A stretch of DNA of 64,000 nt from Octopus vulgaris (GCA_951406725.2 OX597827.1:49166001-49230000); one strand, 5' to 3'. Shown: positions 25,831 to 39,715, counted from the first letter of the stretch. A program made the numbers and translations. The notes: generated by a model not told the origin, from the sequence alone.

Positions 25831-26499
25831 ATAAGAAAATAGTTTATGAATATTTCTAAGATAATGAAATGAAAGAGAGTGGCGGTTTCGATACTCCTTG
25901 CCTATGGAGATAATATACGATTACTCGAACTAGTTTAGCTAATGGATTTAGAAACCCCAAAATTATAGTCTCGTGTACGCAAAAATATGAACATCTCTAC
26001 TAATGTAAGCCTTAATATAGTATGCTTAAAATAAGATGAATAGACATAGGCGAAACCGGTTTGTTTCATAAGAATGGATCTAGAATTAAGAGCAGACAAT
26101 GATAACTTGAACAAGAAAGAAGCATTACAGAGTGTAGATCTGCTACAAACACTGTATTTGAGAATAAAATGTTTTAGAATACTTTGATCAGAGTTTTTGC
26201 TTCAAGCAGGACTAAGTTGGAGCTAAACAGTAATTTTTTTTGCAGGCGCTAATTGCACAATCCAAACTCGGTGACTAATTAGAAAATTACTATATGTAAA
26301 TCTCACAACGAGAGATATTTAGCAGCAGTACTTTGGAGTAAAGGTTGTTTGCCAACATAACATGGCAGTCCTGGTTTAGGATGAATGTTGCTCTAATTTA
26401 GCCCCAGGAACATCGTCTCCAGCTGGCTATACGATATAATCTGTGTCCTTATATTTTCGAACAAGGGAATCTAGCACCACCACTCAACTCAAAACAATA

Positions 26500-26544
26500 T
26501 CTGTGTATCGCGATTCCCGGGTTATTTCCCTTCATCAGCACAGA
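26500..26544 (-). ncRNA. Minimal type I hammerhead ribozyme motif, slightly degenerate
   Basis: TCTGTG-CTGATGA-AGGG-AAATAA-CCCG-GGAA-T-CGCG-ATA-CACAGA: 6-bp stem I, exact CUGAUGA, palindromic stem III, AUA triplet; GAAA altered to GGAA. Confidence 0.7.
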
Positions 26545-27916
26545 CTAATTGTTCTGAGCTGTCATGTTTTGTGTTGGCAAACAATCTTTACTCGGCGACT
26601 GATATTTTCAATTTTTCTAAGGTTGGTCAATGGAAAGAATCGAGAAAAAAAGACGTCGAACAAAAATGCCTTGCGGTATATAGTTACGTCCCTTTGCGTT
26701 GTGTGTTCACAATTCAGCCGATATCGATAAAAGCTTCCAACCAGCCGAAACGAAATAAAATGCTGCGCGAGTGACATACTGCTGTAGATGAGATTCACGA
26801 CACCTGCTACTTCAAAAGTTTTTACCTTTCCTTTGGCGATATTGACCAATATAAATACGATATATTCCTTTGTTTGCCAAAATATACAACCATCAATACA
26901 CAATATCAAGACTATCATTAACTGGGTCACTAGATATGTCTGTGTATATGGGAGGGTGTAAACATAGCACCGGCAACCTGTTGAATCATTGTGCAAGTTC
27001 AGTGATTTAAATATTTCGCTTAGGTTAACTAAAACTGTCCTATCTCGTTTAATGTGCGTAAACACACACGCACGCAAACAGATGCATACGACAGGGTGCA
27101 TAAATGTGCTTTCAATGTAATGTGTATGCATGCATATATGTGTGTGCGTAAGCTCAAACAAATTACCTTACAGTTATCTACATATCTTACCAATTTTTCA
27201 ATCTAGACACCAATTAATGATTTCTCGTATTATCACAACGGACGCAAACTAATGAGAGGAGGCCATTACAAACGATTGTATTGATCGCCCCCACCACTTC
27301 CATAACCACCCAAATATATTCCCGATACGTACATAAATTATCGAACGCCACCTCCTATTCTCTCCCCCTCTCTCTCTCTCTCTCTCTCTATTTCCCTCTC
27401 CCCTCTATTCCTTTATATTCCCCAACACCGGAGCTGACGAAAGTGAAAGTAGAACATACAAAGCGAAATTGTCCGCTGCAAGAGACGAAATGAGGTACTT
27501 AACTTGACACTCAACAATTTCTTCGACTTCTAGGTAAACCTCAATCGTATAAACAAAATCACCAATCGATATCAGAACATAGTATTAATCTTCGCCATCG
27601 TCTAATATAATAAAAATAAATGTTGAGTTATTCACGCCTAGACTGCTTAGAAAGATTCTGCTCAATAGAAGACATTGCTACAGTGTGTCTGTTGTGAAAT
27701 GAAATGTGTACTTATTTGCTATTTTATTGTATATAGTAATTAGTGTACTTACAGTGTGTCACTGGTGTGAGTGGTGTGTGCGTGCGGGTGTTCGAGTATG
27801 TGGCCAGTGCAATCACTTGAGCGAGTCTCCAGCGTTTAACACCGTATCGATCGGTCGATTGTGTTGATTCTCGAAAACTTTATCGATCTCTTAATCATTC
27901 TGGTACATAGACATAC

Positions 27917-27952
<36 letters not shown>

Positions 27953-27957
<5 letters not shown>

Positions 27958-28113
27958 CGCAAATATGGCTTAGTGGTAGGGAACTTGCTTCCCAGCCACA
28001 TGATTCCGGGTTCAGTCCCACTGCGTAGCACCTTGCGCAAGTGTCTTCTATAGCCTCATGCTCACCAAAGATTTTTGAGTGGATTTGGTAGAGGGAAAGT
28101 GAAAAGAAGCCGG

Positions 28114-28148
<35 letters not shown>

Positions 28149-28340
28149 CATACATATTTGTGTGTGTGTGTGTGATTCTTTTTGTTATGCTCCAATGCTT
28201 GACAACTGGTTTTACGTTCCTGTAGCATAGCATTTCATCAAAAAGATCAGAGTAAGTAACAAGCTTTAAGGTAAAAATACTGAGGTCAATTCATTCGTCT
28301 AAAATTCTTCAATTCTTCATGGCCACAGTCTTATAACTGG
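27953..28340 (+). mobile_element. SINE family C
   Basis: ATAGGCGCA..TGGCTTAGTGGTAGG...GGTTCAGTCCCACTGCGTAGCACCTTG.GCAAGTGTCTTCTA; internal TA/TG tract. Confidence 0.8.
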
Positions 28341-28472
28341 AATTAGTAAAAAGATATACATATATTTAGTTGGTAGGCGCATATATAGCTATAGGGTCAA
28401 AAGATTCACTCCTCCGTCCTAGATTCGATCCTACGGCATCTTTATTAAGTGGATTATTACAATAGCTTCAGG

Positions 28473-28859
28473 GGAGGCGCAATGGCCCAGTGGTTAGGGC
28501 AGCGGACTCGCGGTCATAGGATCGCGGTTTCGATTCCCAGACCGGGCGTTGTGAGTGTTTATTGAGCGAAAACACCTAAAGCTCTACGAGGCTCCGGCTG
28601 GGGATGGTGGTGATCCCGGCTGTACTCTTTCACCACAACTTTCTCTCACTCTTACTTCCTGTTTCTGTTGTGCCTGTATTTCAAAGGGCCGGCCTTGTCA
28701 CTCTCTGTGTCACGCTGAATATCCCCGAGAACTACGTTAAGGGTACACGTGTCTGTGGAGTGCTCAGCCACTTACACGTTAATTTCACGAGCAGGCTGTT
28801 CCGTTGATTCGGATCAACCGGAACCCTCGTCGTCGTAACCGACTGAGTGCTTCCCATCC
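28473..28859 (+). mobile_element. SINE family A (head 1 + body N), young full-length copy
   Basis: A box TGGCCCAGTGG, B-box-like GTTTCGATTCC; near-identical to 57465-57858; 13-bp TSD ACAATAGCTTCAG at 28459-28471 and 28860-28872. Confidence 0.95.
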
Positions 28860-30238
28860 ACAATAGCTTCAGATCAACATTGTTAATATTTGATTCTGCT
28901 TGTCACATTCTCTGTGAGAGTGATCGCGCGTGCGCACAGTATGTGGTAACGAGCAAGAGAAAAAGTACTCAAGAGATGTATTAGAGTGTTATTAATATCA
29001 GAGTGTATTATTAGAGTGTTATTAATATCATAACAAACCCATTAACTGTAGTTTCGGTGCAAGTTGACGCGTCTTCACGGTGCTTTAATGACTAAATAAT
29101 AAATAGGAGAATCAAAAATTGCAAAAAAAAAAAAGCAACCTGGTGGGAGATCACACACAGTTTTCATTGGTTAATGAAGTTCTCGCGGTACATGTGTAAT
29201 CAGATTAATAATTCAGCAGGGAACCCTTAACGTAGGAGACAAAAAAAATTATTCACAGAATTTCTTTAAAGAACTGAGGAAAATAAAGTTGATACAATTA
29301 ATTAAATAAAATGATTTTAAAAAAACAGTGTGTATACACATAGGAAAACGAACAAATTCGTTTTAAGACGCTTATGTGTGTGTCGTCTGAAAGGTGAAGT
29401 TATTCTTCGCAGATAAATTACAGCTGTGATTAGCAAATTCACGTTCGGTTCTGCCGGGATGTATTAAGAATGAATGCATACTGTTTATAGTTTTGGTTTG
29501 ACTTTTCACTGCTTTTTTTTTTTCGTGCGCAAAGATTTATTTTCCATTTGGCAGACATCTGCAAATAATTTGCTGATTTCTATAAACAAGAGACAAAGTT
29601 CTTGTTGCTTAGAATCATTGAGTAGCTTTTGATTGAAGAGCCATAACTAGGTGGAAGTGCCTCGTGTTGTCTCACAATTTCATTACCTCGATGAAACGAG
29701 TGTGTGATGTGAACACATTGTTTCGAAAGTAAATGTGTATTCTGAAGACTAATTACAATTAGATACTCAAGATACTCACTTTCGAATCTTTACCGAGACC
29801 CATGAGAGTTAATACGTACGTTATCATGCGTGTGTGTGTCGATATATAGATAGATGGATATATATATATATATATATATATATAGATAGATAGATATGTA
29901 GTGAGTGAGAGAGAGATAATGATACAAATAAACACGCTTGAGCTTGATGTATAAAATATACATATAGACATGTGAATATATATATATATATATAAACTGG
30001 AAATGTTCAGAACATCATGAATATTTAGGTATAAGCATAAAGATATTTATATACTTACAAAACAGATTGACCTAGAGTACAAAAAATACAGGAAACTAAG
30101 AGGAGAGGGCACGGTATTTCAGATCCGACAGCTGTTTCAGTCCTCGTTGACGATTTCGGATTATAAGTTCAGATCATTAGATCACTGCTACGTGTTTTCT
30201 TCCCTGGGTATCTCTTTGGATCTCATCTGTTGACTCTC

Positions 30239-30270
<32 letters not shown>

Positions 30271-31099
30271 CTATCTCCCCTGATATATATATTTGTGAAT
30301 TCGTGTATTTACATATACATGTATATATATATATATATATATGTATGTCTTTGTGTTTGCCCCTGAAAACTAGCGGATTAGCAAGAGACCGATAAAATAA
30401 TTACCAGACTTTCAAAAATATGTACTGGGGTCGATTTTTTTCTACTTAAACCTACAGAGCGGTGCCCCAGCATGGCCGTAGAACAATGATTGAAACAAAA
30501 AATAAAGATAAATTAAAACACTCTTACCATCTGCCAACTTTCACTAGCGCAGGATGCGGTAGAGAAACCAGTGAGAATTTTTTCTACTGCACTCTGTATT
30601 TGTTCTCTTGTAAACGAATACAAATTATGTAACCCGACACAATACTACAAGATCGATACTGGGAAATTTATCCAGTCTTATCAAATAAAATGAAATATAA
30701 AGTTTAATAAATTGCTTTTAAAAATATACAAATTTGATATTAAATTCTCTGTGCGGCCCGTGCGCTCAGCTGCAGTTCTCACGAAGATTGTCGGTGGGTA
30801 AATATGTTAACTTAGAAATTTATGAAGAGTCGGGCATTTACACTTTTCCGAATAAGAACATATATGCATGAGACATTAAAGAGGAGTTTCACAAAAGAAA
30901 AATATATATTAGCGAAAGAAGCAGTATTAATACCGTGTGGTGATATTTATCCCTACTTAAATGAGGACGTTCTGTTAGAACAAACTTTCTGACAGATACC
31001 ATGAGAGAAACTTGTTCCGTTTGTGGAGAGATAAATACTCATCACCACCAGCACCGAAGCCACCAGATTACATGATTTCGACATTCCTTGGTTGAATAT

Positions 31100-31431
31100 C
31101 TGAAACCCGCTTCGGTCCCAACACTGACCATGGGATTGCACCTAGGAAGTTACCCTCCCAGACACAAATCCGGGCAAGGTTGTTTATAGAAGACCAGCAT
31201 ACCATGCATACCGGCCTCCCCTCTCCACGCCACCAGTGTTATCCAAGGGAAAGGCAAAGAGGCCGATACAGCTTAGCACCTGTGACGTCGCAACTCATTT
31301 CTATAGTTGAATGAACTGGAGCAACGTGAAGTAAAGTGTCTTGCTCAAGAATACAACACGCAGCCCGGTCCGGGATTCGAGCTCACAACCTCACGATCGT
31401 AAGCTCGACGCTCTAACCGCTGAGCCATGCG
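31100..31431 (-). mobile_element. tRNA-head SINE, head 2 + third body type
   Basis: Minus strand GCGCATGGCTCAGCGGTTAGAGCG...GAGCTCGAATCCCGGACCGGGCTGCGTGTTGTATTCTTGAGCAAGACACTTTACTTCACGTTGCTCCAGTTCA, then a body unlike the V or N bodies. Confidence 0.8.
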
Positions 31432-32354
31432 CTATGCGTTGAACATAGCATATAGAAAATCTTAGATCGTACTGTTCGAACCTATAGTTTTTATTATTAT
31501 TTTTGATCGAAGAATAAGCTGCATGTAAAGGGTTCACTCAAGAAATCAATGACTACAGGTTGCTTCTGCTTCGAATCCGTTATTTGCCAAGAATGAAGAG
31601 GAAGAAGGATTTGATTTACTGTAGTTGTTTCACTGATAGGTGCAGTTTGAATGACTTATGTCATCAAGTAAGAACGCTATGCATGCTTCTGCATTACTTT
31701 CAGTGCAATCCTTATGTGTGTGTTAGTACATTGCGTTGAAATAAAGTGTGTGCGTGTGTGTGTCTTGCACCAAACATTTGGCAAACAAACGATCTGTTTT
31801 TTTTTTTATTCATAGGAAGTGCAAAGCTATATATACGCACACCATTACTAAATATAACGCAAAAAATAAATGGACAGATGATCTGCCAAATAGTTTTTGA
31901 AGTTAGTGCAAAAGCAACAAAAACAGAAACCCCCAAAGGAAGGAACTTGACAAGTGCTGATATTCTGGTAAATCAAATTATTTACGATATTGAACGATAT
32001 TTACAAAACTATATTTGTTTTGAAAAAACAAAATGATTTTGTTTATTTAGAAAGTAAAGTTTGATAATCAATGTTTTTTGCTATGATTATCATGTAGATT
32101 TTAATTCAATTAACCGTTACTTTCAGATTGTCTAAGACAATATTGCGGACAGATAGGTAACATCTTTTCTATACACTCGTTAACAAAGATTGAATGCTCT
32201 TGACAACCCAAAATGCTTTCATACCATCACTCCATCTGCTAGAAATAGCAGTTGAACATTTCATTAAATGTTCCCTGTCGTCATTCTATTATATAACAAA
32301 AAAGTAGTTACACCATTTCATTTCTTTTTATATTTTAGGTTAGCAATAATACTT

Positions 32355-32588
32355 AAGGCGGCGAGCTGGCAGAATCGTTAGCACGCCGGGCAAAATGCTT
32401 AGCAGCGATTCCTCTGCCGTTATGTTCTGAGTTCAAATTCCGCCGAGGTCGACTTTGCCTTTCATTCTTTCGGGGTCGGTTAAATAAGTACCAAGTTACG
32501 TACTGTGGTCGATGCAATCGACTTAATCCCTTTGTCTGTCCTTGTTTGTCCCCTTTATGTTTAGTCCCCTATGAGCAATAAAGAAATA
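32355..32588 (+). mobile_element. SINE family B
   Basis: AAGGCGGCGAGCTGGCAGAATCGTTAGC...GAGTTCAAATTCCGCCGAGGTCGACTTTGCCTTTCA. Confidence 0.9.
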
Positions 32589-33779
32589 GATGATACTTTG
32601 TTGGAGGGACGCATGCGATTTTCAGTCGTATGAGGCTCAGCAGCAGCCAGAAATATTTGACAACGAATCGAACAAGAAATTTATATACAGCCGTTCGACC
32701 TGGTAGAATTAGTAACTAAACACCCCTAAAATCTACAGCGTATCCTCTTGGGGGATAGTCATTGAACATATTTCCTCGTAGGTTCGGAACTCGCGCTTGA
32801 TACCAAAAACAGGCCAACGAACAAAACAACATCTACTGGAGTGCTAGTAATAGCAACCAGCGATCTATCAAATCACACTCCTCCGTTTTTAAAAGAAGAT
32901 AATTTAGTTTAATGTAGCCAATTATGTGAGGGGAAACAAACGAAGAATAAATGGTCTCAGTACTTGGCAGGTACTTTATTTACGAAGCCCGAAAGGATGA
33001 AAGTCAACCGCTGCAGAGTTTACCCTCCGCTCTTACATTTCGTCTTACATACAGTGTGTATGAAGATCATATCATTTAAATGTATCGTCCTTTATTTTTA
33101 TAACGGTAGAATATTTGAGGAGAATTTGTCTGCTGTTTCTAACATAATGTGGACCATGCAATGGCTTCCTTGTTCGCTAAAAATTAAATTCTCAACATCA
33201 TTTTTACTATCGAGCATTCCGAGGGTTGACAAAAAAAGTTCTAGTTATATTCTTGGTTAGATCTAATTAAATGTACCCCAGCGAAAAATTGAGTCAAATA
33301 CGTTGAGCATTTTACTTACGTACAAGTCAAATGCTTCGGCCCAAAATTAACAATGATAAAACGATTTGCAAACCGATACACCAAGACGATTTTGAAGGAC
33401 CCAATATTCTATGTTAAATGCAGCGGGGTTTGCAAAGATAGCGTTTACTCTGCGTATATATTACTTTGACTTAGAAAAATACGATACGAAGTTTACGCTT
33501 TGCGGTCATTCTTCAGGAAGTTGATTTCGCCTTTCATCTATTGAAGTCGCTGTTTGTTGAAATTTTTGGCTTCCTCCCTACGTTAAACATCAATAGTATT
33601 CTTTCTTTGCATTGTTTGCTTATTTGTCATTCCGCTGCGGCCATTCTAGAGCACCGACTTCAATGGTTTTAAACGAACCAATCGATCATAGTCTCCTGTG
33701 TTTCTCGGTTTCTGGCCAAATCAATTACGTTAGAGGACATTAAAGAACATATGACATACACGAATGCATCTTCATATAA

Positions 33780-34130
33780 CTCTTTATTTCAGCCATTAGA
33801 CTGCAACCATGCCGGAGCAACGCATTGAAGAGTTTATCTGCACAAATCGAACCTATTCTTTATCCTTTTACAATCTCATATTTATTCTATCGCTCCCTTA
33901 TGTCAAACTGCTATGTTACGAGGACGCAAACGAAAGAAACATAAGTTGACACTTGGGATCAAGTACATGCGCGCGCATACAAGTAAACGACGTTAAGCCA
34001 AATTCATTCATGAAGCTTTGATCTATTTGAGGCTATAGTAGAAGACACCTAGAGGTGCCGTGCTGTGATACTGAATCCGAAAGCACATGGTTGCAAAACG
34101 AGGGCAGTTAACCACAAACTGGATCTGCAT
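33780..34130 (-). mobile_element. SINE family C, old copy
   Basis: GACTGCAACCATGCCGGAGCA tail; GGCTATAGTAGAAGACAC; lies head-to-head with the 34141 copy. Confidence 0.6.
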
Positions 34131-34140
34131 CCTCTCTTTC

Positions 34141-34475
34141 TTCATGGTTCCGGTTTCGGACCTATGCTTGGTACCTTGAGCAAGTGTCTTCTTCTATAGC
34201 CTCGGACTGACCAAAGCCTTGTGAGTGGATTCGGTAGACGGAAACGGAAATCCCGTCGAATTTGTGTGTGTATCCGTGTATGTATTCCTCCGCCGATTGG
34301 TAACCGATGTTGGTGTGTTTACGTCTCCGTATATTAGTGGTTCGGCAAAAGAGATCGATAAAAATAAGTACCAGGCTTTAAAATCTTGGGGGTGATTTGT
34401 TAGACTAAAACACTTCAAAGCTGTGCTCCAGCATGGCCGCGGTCAAATGACTCAAACAAGTAAATGATAAAAGAT
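34141..34475 (+). mobile_element. SINE family C
   Basis: CAAGTGTCTTCT.CTATAGCCTCGG..GACCAAAGCCTTGTGAGTGGATT...CCAGCATGGCCGCGGTCAAATGACT. Confidence 0.85.
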
Positions 34476-36482
34476 ATGATCTTGATGTTAGTTCGAAGTT
34501 TATGATTGCTCTCCTTCCTCAGACACACACTCTTTCTATCTCCCTCTCCGTCTGTCCTCGTGATGCAATTCCACACAGTTTACGACGTCTACGTTCCACT
34601 GAAAAGTCGCCATTCCACCCAGGACCCTTGCTGGATAGATATACAGTACACTAGTGTTGAACCCGAAACCACATATTTGCCAGGTAGGCTACTTTACCGC
34701 ATAGCCATGCCTGCGCCTATGTTGGTGTTTTGCCAGAATCTATAGAATGATAAACTGATAAACGGAGCAGCTTTTGTAAATTGTTCCTTGTAATATTGGC
34801 CAGTGACACTTTGTATATAGAGAATGTGTGACCCGACAGTTCGACTCACGAAACGCCCTCTCTCCATTATCACACCACTTCCAAAATATTATCTTTTATT
34901 GGCAATCTTCCCTGAATTTCCCATTTGATCTTCTCAACTATCTTTAACAGGAGAGAAAATCCGAATTCATCCAAAACGATAACATTTTTAGAGAGAAATT
35001 GAGATACATTTCTTCGAATAGTTGAAGAGAAATGTTTTCTGTCTGTAAAAAAAAAAGTGTTTTAACACAAATATCATTGATTTCTTTAAATGTAACTGCA
35101 ATAATATAAGAAGTTACTTAATATGAGAAAGCGAAAAAGCTCTAATCGATTGGAATTTGCCGCAATACTTAAATGGAATTTATTCTATCAACCTTTGATG
35201 GAACACGAGTAAGTCGGCTACCAGGTACATGTTGACTTTTCCACACAAAGTTATAAGAGACAAAATACTAAACATCATAATCCTGTTCTACCGAATCGGA
35301 TTTCCATTGTCCTTTTAATACAGAACCCTAACCATAACCGTTATTCGCCAACGACTTAGTAGTACGAATCGTACCTTAGATAATTGTTTTAAGTAGCCTT
35401 ATGTAATAAATAGAAATCCCCTTTATAATACACTGTGAAACATCCAGGATGTAACCTTTTGAGGGAGATGGGGTTACCTTCACTCTACTTATTTCAACTG
35501 ATTAATCCGAAACAATGTGGAAGGATGTACTTTGCTCAAAAACACAATGCGCTGTCCAATCCAGGAATGCAACCCAAAGCTTTATGTCAGTGAGTCCAAA
35601 ACACTAACTAGGTGCGTTCACGCATGAAAATAATACGCAAATATTAAACAACTTTTAATAATGTATTACGGGTGGGAAAAGAAATAAGAAACCCGTCCAC
35701 AGGTATCTCAAATCTGCTCTTCCCAATGTTCGTTTAAAATACATCGAGTTTTAGTCGTCACTTAACTTAGGTATCCATGTTTATTCACTTTTTTGTTTTC
35801 TTCTTTCCCGACGTTTATTCTATTGTGTATGGATTTGTTATTAATGCAACCAGGGTGTTGCTCGTGCTCGAAATGATGAATAGAAGGAACTGTTTCTGGG
35901 CCGGGATAACATAGAATCTGTGGTGAGAATGACAAGAAACAGAAAAGAGATACAGTGCGGTATTTCATCTGAGGCTCAAAAACTTTCCACAAACCAATAT
36001 TCCAGGTTTGGTATATTATTTATCGACCTTGAGTCAATGGAAAGCAGAGTTGAAATCTGTGCGATTTGAACTCAGAGTACTGGATGCTAATGTAACAGTG
36101 ATCTAACGATTCTGATAGCACACTGCCATACATACCTATGTGATTAAGCTAAACGAAATTCAGTAGAAAACATAATTTACATTTTACTTAAATTTGTGTG
36201 CATGTATAAAAAGGTGCTATCGCCGCCATAGCTGAATGGTGAGGAATGCCACCTTGCAATCACGAGTTTCTGCGTTCAATCTCAATATATAGAGAGTTGA
36301 GAAAGTGTTTTCCAACTCGGATTGATCCAGGCTTTATGAGTGAAATATGGTTGAAGAATGTGTAAACGCAAGGTTATATGGAATTATACCTTTAAGGTAG
36401 AGATCCAATTGTGCCTCACTCACACAGACCGTCTTTGAATTAGGTTAAAGGTACACGTGTCTGGTAATACGTATACATATAC

Positions 36483-36801
36483 CGGCGCTCCGTCGGTTAG
36501 GGCGAAGAGGGTTCCAGTTGATCAGATCAACAGAACAGCCTGCTCGTGAAATTAACGTGCAAGTGACTGAGCATTCCACAGACACGCGTACACTTAACGT
36601 GGTTCCCAAGGAGATTCAATGCTACACAGAATGTTACAAGGCTGCCCCTTGAAATACAGGTACTACTTATGTTGACAGCGAACTGAACTGGAACAAAGTA
36701 ACACTAAAGTGTCTTGCTCAAGGACAGAAACCGCTGCCGGGAATCGAAATCATGAACTTGGGACCGTGAGCCGAACACCGTAACCACCGAGCCTCGCGCC
36801 T
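36483..36801 (-). mobile_element. tRNA-head SINE, head-2-like + body N
   Basis: 36483-36660 matches the family A 3' body; 36690-36801 has AAAGTGTCTTGCTCAAGGAC..CCGGGAATCGAA of head 2. Confidence 0.8.
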
Positions 36802-37440
36802 TTACTCAGGCAAATACACGTTAATTCAGGAGCAGGTAATTCAGTTGCAGAATAAACTGAAAGCCGATGGTCAGAGGTTCCGAAATATCTTTTGCCTCGG
36901 GCGAACCTGACATTTGTTAATGAAATAAAGTTGGCGGAAACCGCATAAAGCCGAGGTCAGTAGAAAGGAATCATGACTGCAAAGCAGCCGCAGTCTGTCA
37001 TACACCGTGCCTAAAGATTACCTCAAAATATCTATAAAAAGACTCGAACAGCTTATACATTTATATTAAAGATACGCAATTCGCTCGGAATGCATGCAGG
37101 AACAGGAGACCGCCGAACGAGACTCAAAATGCTTTTTGTTTTATTGGATCGTGTGGAGGTGCTTATATATATGAGAAGCGTACATTTCCATGTGCATATC
37201 TGTGCATGTGTGTGATTGTTGACTTGGCTTGTGTTTGATCGTAATTTTCATTGTACTTCTGTATCTACATAATTATAAGCTTTGATACCTTCCTTCAAAT
37301 ATAGTTTGTTTCCCGGCAGCAATATTTTCCTCTGCATGCAAAACAAACATTCAAAAATATGCAGAGACATACAAAATTAAAATTACAGAATTATACACAA
37401 TTACAAACATACAGTATTCATCCATCCACATATATATGCA

Positions 37441-37506
<66 letters not shown>

Positions 37507-37547
37507 AGTATCTCTGCGTGAAAGAATATATACATATAAGAGAGAGA

Positions 37548-37700
37548 GGCGGTGTGGCAGTACGGTAGGAGACTTGTTTCTCAACCACATGGTTCCAAAT
37601 TCAGTCCAGCTGCATGGCACCTTGGACAAGTGTCTTCTATTAGGGCCAAAGCCTTGTGAGTGGATTTGGCTGACGGAAACTGTAAAGAAGCTCATCGTGT
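37548..37700 (+). mobile_element. SINE family C, 5' half
   Basis: CAACCACATGGTTCC..TTCAGTCC..TGGCACCTTGGACAAGTGTCTTCTA...GACGGAAACTG. Confidence 0.75.
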
Positions 37701-37713
37701 ATGTATGTGTGTG

Positions 37714-37746
<33 letters not shown>

Positions 37747-37967
37747 CTGTGTGTATATTTACACAGACAGATGTATATATTTATATAGGGACATATGTAA
37801 ATATTGATATATGTATGTGTATCTATGTAGATATATGTGTGTGTGCATATGGATGTGTCAGATATTGAATATATTGATATCTTCTATCCATTCTAAAACA
37901 ATAGTAATTTTATCTCAAATATTCGAGATTAAACTCAATATTTTATATCTCATTGTGTATATATATA

Positions 37968-38036
<69 letters not shown>

Positions 38037-38356
38037 GCGAGTATATGTGTAGACACATAAATGTATACACATAGATATTTAATAAGAGAATACATGAATA
38101 TATTTAACTAAAGATATTTAATTATACATGTGTGTATATGTGTGCGTGTACGTGTTCATATATATATATAGAGAGAGAGCTGGAGAGATAAATAGATATC
38201 GTTATTTATACAGACATCCAGAAGAGTGTCTGTGTGTATATGTGTTCCACCATTATTTTTATCAGCTATTTCTTTTTTACTCTTTGACAAAAAGCTTTTA
38301 TCAGCAATAAACAATAAAGCAATAATAATAAAAATTATTATTATTAGTATTATTAT

Positions 38357-38388
<32 letters not shown>

Positions 38389-38703
38389 TTATTATTATTA
38401 TCGTCTTTGTTGTTATTATCGCTGATATTATAAGCTGTCAACTGATGTTATCTTCACTGTTTAATAAGCAACTATCTTCGATCACGCCTCATACCTGCCA
38501 GATACATGCATTGGCGTATGCGCATGCGTATGTGTGTTTTCTGTATTCTACATTTTTGTTGTTTTAGTTGCAATTTGTTCGTTCTTTTTCTTTTTTTTTT
38601 GCACGGGCGTGTGTATTCGCGCGTTTGAGTACGTGTATACATACATATGTGTGTGCACGTATGTGTTTGTTCATATATGTGTATATATAGATATATATAT
38701 ATA

Positions 38704-38760
<57 letters not shown>

Positions 38761-38872
38761 ACCTGTATACTGTATACATTATATATAAATTTATATATAT
38801 ATATATACACATCACACACACAGAGTGGTGGGAGCTACTATATGAGTGCGTATTTGTATTCGAATGTGTATG

Positions 38873-39519
38873 AGATCCAGTAGCCTTGAACTCCATCTGG
38901 TGTCGGCGCCTTCTAGTTGCCCTTTTTTTTTCCTGCTGATTTCCTTCACTTCGCAAACTGGAATGACTAGTTCTGCCTGTTTTGGACAGTCTACTGCTTG
39001 TTTCAGTTCTTGCAACCATTCAGTATCCTTCTTTTGCGCTTTGTCTTTGCTCCAGATATCACGTATTATCTGGTATCAACTTTTCATCTGTACACTCTTC
39101 CTTTATTTCTTTGTAGAGTCTCCTCTGATCTACTTTGAATAACCTATTCTGCTGGTACCCCTTCATTCTTTGGTCATATCTTACTATCGTTGCTTTCTTT
39201 GCAACGAGGCGCTGTTCTAGTTCCTCCATTACTACTTTCAAGCCCTTTCTTTCAATATCATAGTTCCTATTCAGTGCCCCGTATTTTTGTTCGCTTTTAA
39301 GCTCCTCCTTTTCTTTTCAGTCTAACACAGAAATCTCCTTCGAGAACATATCTAACCTCGCCTGTATTCTTCTTTTCCAACATGGATCTTTTCTTTTGTC
39401 ACTCCCATTATATTTATTTTTCTTGACATCAACGCCCACATTTTCTGCTACACTAATACTTTCTGCCTTGATCAAATTATTTCTTTCTGTGATGTGTAGA
39501 TGAGAAATGAACGCAGGCA
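38873..39519 (-). pseudogene. R4/Dong-clade non-LTR retrotransposon fragment (pre-RT region to start of RT)
   Basis: Translates to PCWKRRIQ...EELEQRLVAKKATIVRYDQRMKGYQQNRLFKVDQRRLY...WLQELK...N*KAPTPDGVQGYWI; internal stops. Confidence 0.85.
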
Positions 39520-39715
39520 TATATTTTTATCGCACCATAATTTAGATTCGTTCCTTCTGGATTCTGAGATCGAATTCCTACGGTAGTCCTACGTCATCCT
39601 TTATTCACCCAAGGTCGGTTAGTAGACTAATTATTACTAGGTTATGTACCGAATCCATAAGGCTCTAATCATGCATACTCATGTTTCATGAGTGACGTGA
39701 ATTAAGAAATATTAC

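Noticed and set aside
26562-27161. 199-aa minus-strand ORF next to a donor-like AAG|GTAATT at ~27165
   Set aside because: Starts in TG/CA repeat, has no domain similarity or coding-like composition; a lone splice-like motif is not evidence of a gene
28473-28545. tRNA-like sequence (also 3691, 31360-31431, 57465)
   Set aside because: SINE heads: they continue into SINE bodies with TSDs, with no proper acceptor stem or poly-T terminator
28555-28807. ORFs recurring almost identically at 57547-57799 and 20394-20633
   Set aside because: Conservation reflects young SINE copies, not protein constraint
28978-29030. Short direct duplication TATTAGAGTGTTATTAATATCA
   Set aside because: Ordinary local slippage duplication
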